Shown here: positions 60,900-64,000 of the stretch, one piece after another
How positions within the stretch are numbered: the stretch's first letter is position 1
Layout of the letters: every line of letters starts with the position of its first letter
Assembly (NCBI GenBank): GCA_028826165.1
Contig: JAPDFW010000059.1
Span: forward strand, 434,001 to 498,000
Direction of reading: 5' to 3'
DNA length: 64,000 nt
Source of the DNA: Anaeramoeba ignava BMAN
Lineage: Eukaryota; Protista; Anaeramoebae
The notes under the pieces: model-generated
Database searches by the model: none
Seen by the model: the letters and a program-made list of their open reading frames with translations, nothing else
Told to the model about the DNA's origin: nothing
Position numbers and translations under genes: made by a program

Positions 60900-63800
60900 T
60901 AATAAATATAATATTAAATATAAAATTAAATATAATATTAAATATAATATTAAATACAATAATAAATATAAAATTAAATATAATATTAAATATAAAATTA
61001 AATATAAAATTAAATATAATATTAAATACAATATTAAATATAATATTAAATATAAAATTAAATATAATATTAAATATAAAATTAAATATAAAATTAAATA
61101 TAAAATTAAATATAATATTAAATATAATATTAAATATAATAATAAAATAAATATAAATATAATATTAAAAAATAATATTAAATATAATAATAAATATAAT
61201 ATTAAATATAAAATTAAATATAAAAATAAATATAAAATTAAATATAAAATTAAATATAATATTAAATATAAAATTAAATATAAAATTAAATACAATATTA
61301 AATATAATATTAAATACAAAAATAAATATAAAATTAAATATAATATTAAATATAATATTAAATACAAAAAATAAAATAAAAATTAAAAATAAATTAAAAT
61401 ATATTAATAAATATAATATTAAATATAAATTAAATATAAAATATAAATAAAATAAAATATTAAATACAATAATAAATATAATATTAAATATAATATTAAA
61501 TATAAAATTAAATATAAAAATTAAATATAAAATTAAATATAAAATTAAATATAAAATTAAATATAAAATTAAATATAAAATTAAATATAATATTAAATAT
61601 AATATTAAATATAAAATAAAAATTAAATATAAAATTAAATATAAAATTAAAAAAAATTAAATATTAAATATATAAAATTAAATATAATATTAAATATAAA
61701 ATTAAATATAAAATTAAATATAATATTAAATATAATATTAAATATAAAAATAAAATATAATATAAATATAATATTAAATATATAAATAAATAAAAATATT
61801 AAATAAATAAAAATAAAAAATATAATAAATAAATATAAAATATTATAAAATTAAAATATTAAATATTAAATATAAAAAAATTAAAAATAAATATAATATT
61901 AAATATAAAATTAAATATAAAATTAAATATAATATTAAATATAATATTAAATATAATATTAAATATAAAATTAAATATAAAATTAAAAATATAATATTAA
62001 ATATAATATTAAATATAAAATTAAATATTTTAGTTTTATATTAAATATAAATTAAATATAATATTAAATATAAAATTAAATATAAAAATTAAATATAAAA
62101 TTAAATATAAAATAAAAATAAATATAAAATTAAATATAAAATAAATATAAAAATAAATATAATAAAAATTAAATATAAAATTAAAATATAAAATTAAATA
62201 TAAAATTAAAATATAAAATTAAAATAAAAATTAAATATAAAAAAAATAAAATTAAATACAAAATTAAAAAATTAAAATATAAAATTAAATATAATATTAA
62301 ATATAAAATTAAAATATAATTAATAAATATAAAATTAAATATAAATAAAATTAAAATATTAAATATAAAATTAAATAAAAATTAAATATAAAATTAAATA
62401 TAAAATTAAATATAATATTAAATATAATATTAAATATAATATTAAATATAAAATTAAATATAAAATTAAATATAATATTAAATATAAAATTAAATATAAA
62501 ATTAAATATAATATTAAATATAAAATTAAATATAAAATTAAATATAATATTAAATATAATATTAAATATAAAATTAAATATAAAATTAAATATAAAATTA
62601 AATATAAAATAATTAAATATTATTAAATATAAAAATTAAATATAATAAAATTAAATATAAAATTAAATATAAAATTAAATATTAAATATAAAATTAAATA
62701 TATTAAATATAAAATTAAATAAAATATAAATATAAAATATAAAAATAAATATAAATATAAAATTTAAATATAAAATTAAAATATAATATTAAAAATATAA
62801 TAATAAAAATATAAAATTAAATATAATATTAAATATAAAATTAAATATAAAATTAAATATAATATTAAATATAATATTAAATATAATATTAAATATAAAA
62901 TTAAATATAATATTAAATATAAAATTAAATATATAAAAATTAAATATAAAAAAATATAAAATTAAATTATAAAAATTAAATAAAATTAAATAAAAAATTA
63001 AAATAAAATTAAATATAAAATTAAATATAATATTAAATATAAAATTAAATATAATATTAAATATATTAAATATAAAATTAAATATAAAATTAAATATAAT
63101 ATTAAATATAAAATTAAATATAATATTAAATATAAAATTAAATATAAAAATTAAATATAAAAATTAAAATAAAATTAAATAAAAATATTAAATAAAAATT
63201 AAAACAAAAATTAAATATAAAAATTAAATATAAAATTAAATATAAAACAAAATAAAAAAATTAAAATATAAAATATTAAATATAAATATAAATATAAAAA
63301 AAATAAATATAAAAATTAAATATAATATTAAATAAAAATTAAATATAAAAATAAATATAAAATTAAAATATAAATTAAATAAAAAATTAAAATAAAATAA
63401 TAAAAATAAAATAAAAATATAAAATTAAATATAAAATTAAATATAAAATTAAAAAATATAAAATTAAATATAATATTAAATAAATATAAAATTAAAATAT
63501 AAAATTAAATATAAAATTAAATATTTAAAATTAAATAAATATAATATTAAATATAATATTAAAATATAAAATTATAAAATTAAATATAATATTAAATAAA
63601 AAAAAAATAAATTAAATATAAAATTAAATATAATATTAAATATAAAAATTAAATATTAAATATAAAATTAAATATAAAATTAAAATATAATATTAAATAT
63701 AATATTAAATATAAAATTAAATATAAAATTAAATATAAATGACAAAATAAAATTAAATATAAAATTAAATATAATATTAAATATAATATTAAATATAATA

Positions 63801-64000
63801 TTAAATATAATATTAAAATATAATATTAAATATAAAATTAAATATAATATTAAATATAATATTAAAATAAAATAAAATTATACAATATTAAATATTAAAT
63901 ATAAAATTAAATATAATATTAAATATAAAATTAAATATAATAAAATTAAATATAATATTAAATATAATATTAAATATAATATTAAATATAATATTAAATA
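60900..64000. repeat. More than 3 kb of 12-bp repeat (AAATATAA[A/T]ATT)n, presumed Rab intron 1
   Basis: Almost no G or C over 3 kb; follows the GT donor at 60848. Confidence 0.9.

Noticed and set aside
60900-64000. Telomeric or subtelomeric repeat
   Set aside because: No G-rich strand; it begins right after a GT donor in a Rab gene, matching the other satellite-filled introns.

Overview
Very AT-rich, gene-dense eukaryotic (protist) DNA using the standard genetic code. It has GT-AG spliceosomal introns, often filled with pure AT microsatellites, and intergenic spacers as short as about 60-110 bp. The gene content (intein-laden RNA polymerase, several BTB-fusion genes, three Rabs, a prokaryote-type Fe-S membrane protein) points by inference to an anaerobic metamonad such as Anaeramoeba. 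About 21 protein genes and two identical tRNA-Val(AAC) genes were reconstructed by hand. Highlights: (1) the RNA polymerase I largest subunit carries two inteins only 3 residues apart in the trigger-loop motif (QM^TLN^TFH), and the second lacks the block-B His, the penultimate His and the terminal Asn (it ends ...LYD); (2) an intron-containing NapH/MauN-like membrane polyferredoxin has lost exactly the four Cys ligands of one 4Fe-4S cluster; (3) a four-exon NELF-A homologue co-occurs with reiterated TCATTTT initiator-like elements before most ATGs and a candidate ETS-like winged-helix protein; (4) tandem arrays sit upstream of both tRNA genes, share an AAAAGTGGAA motif, and one contains captured tRNA 5' ends; (5) the LAMMER kinase has a candidate 17-nt poison exon. 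About 10 single-base frameshifts in homopolymers are most likely assembly errors.
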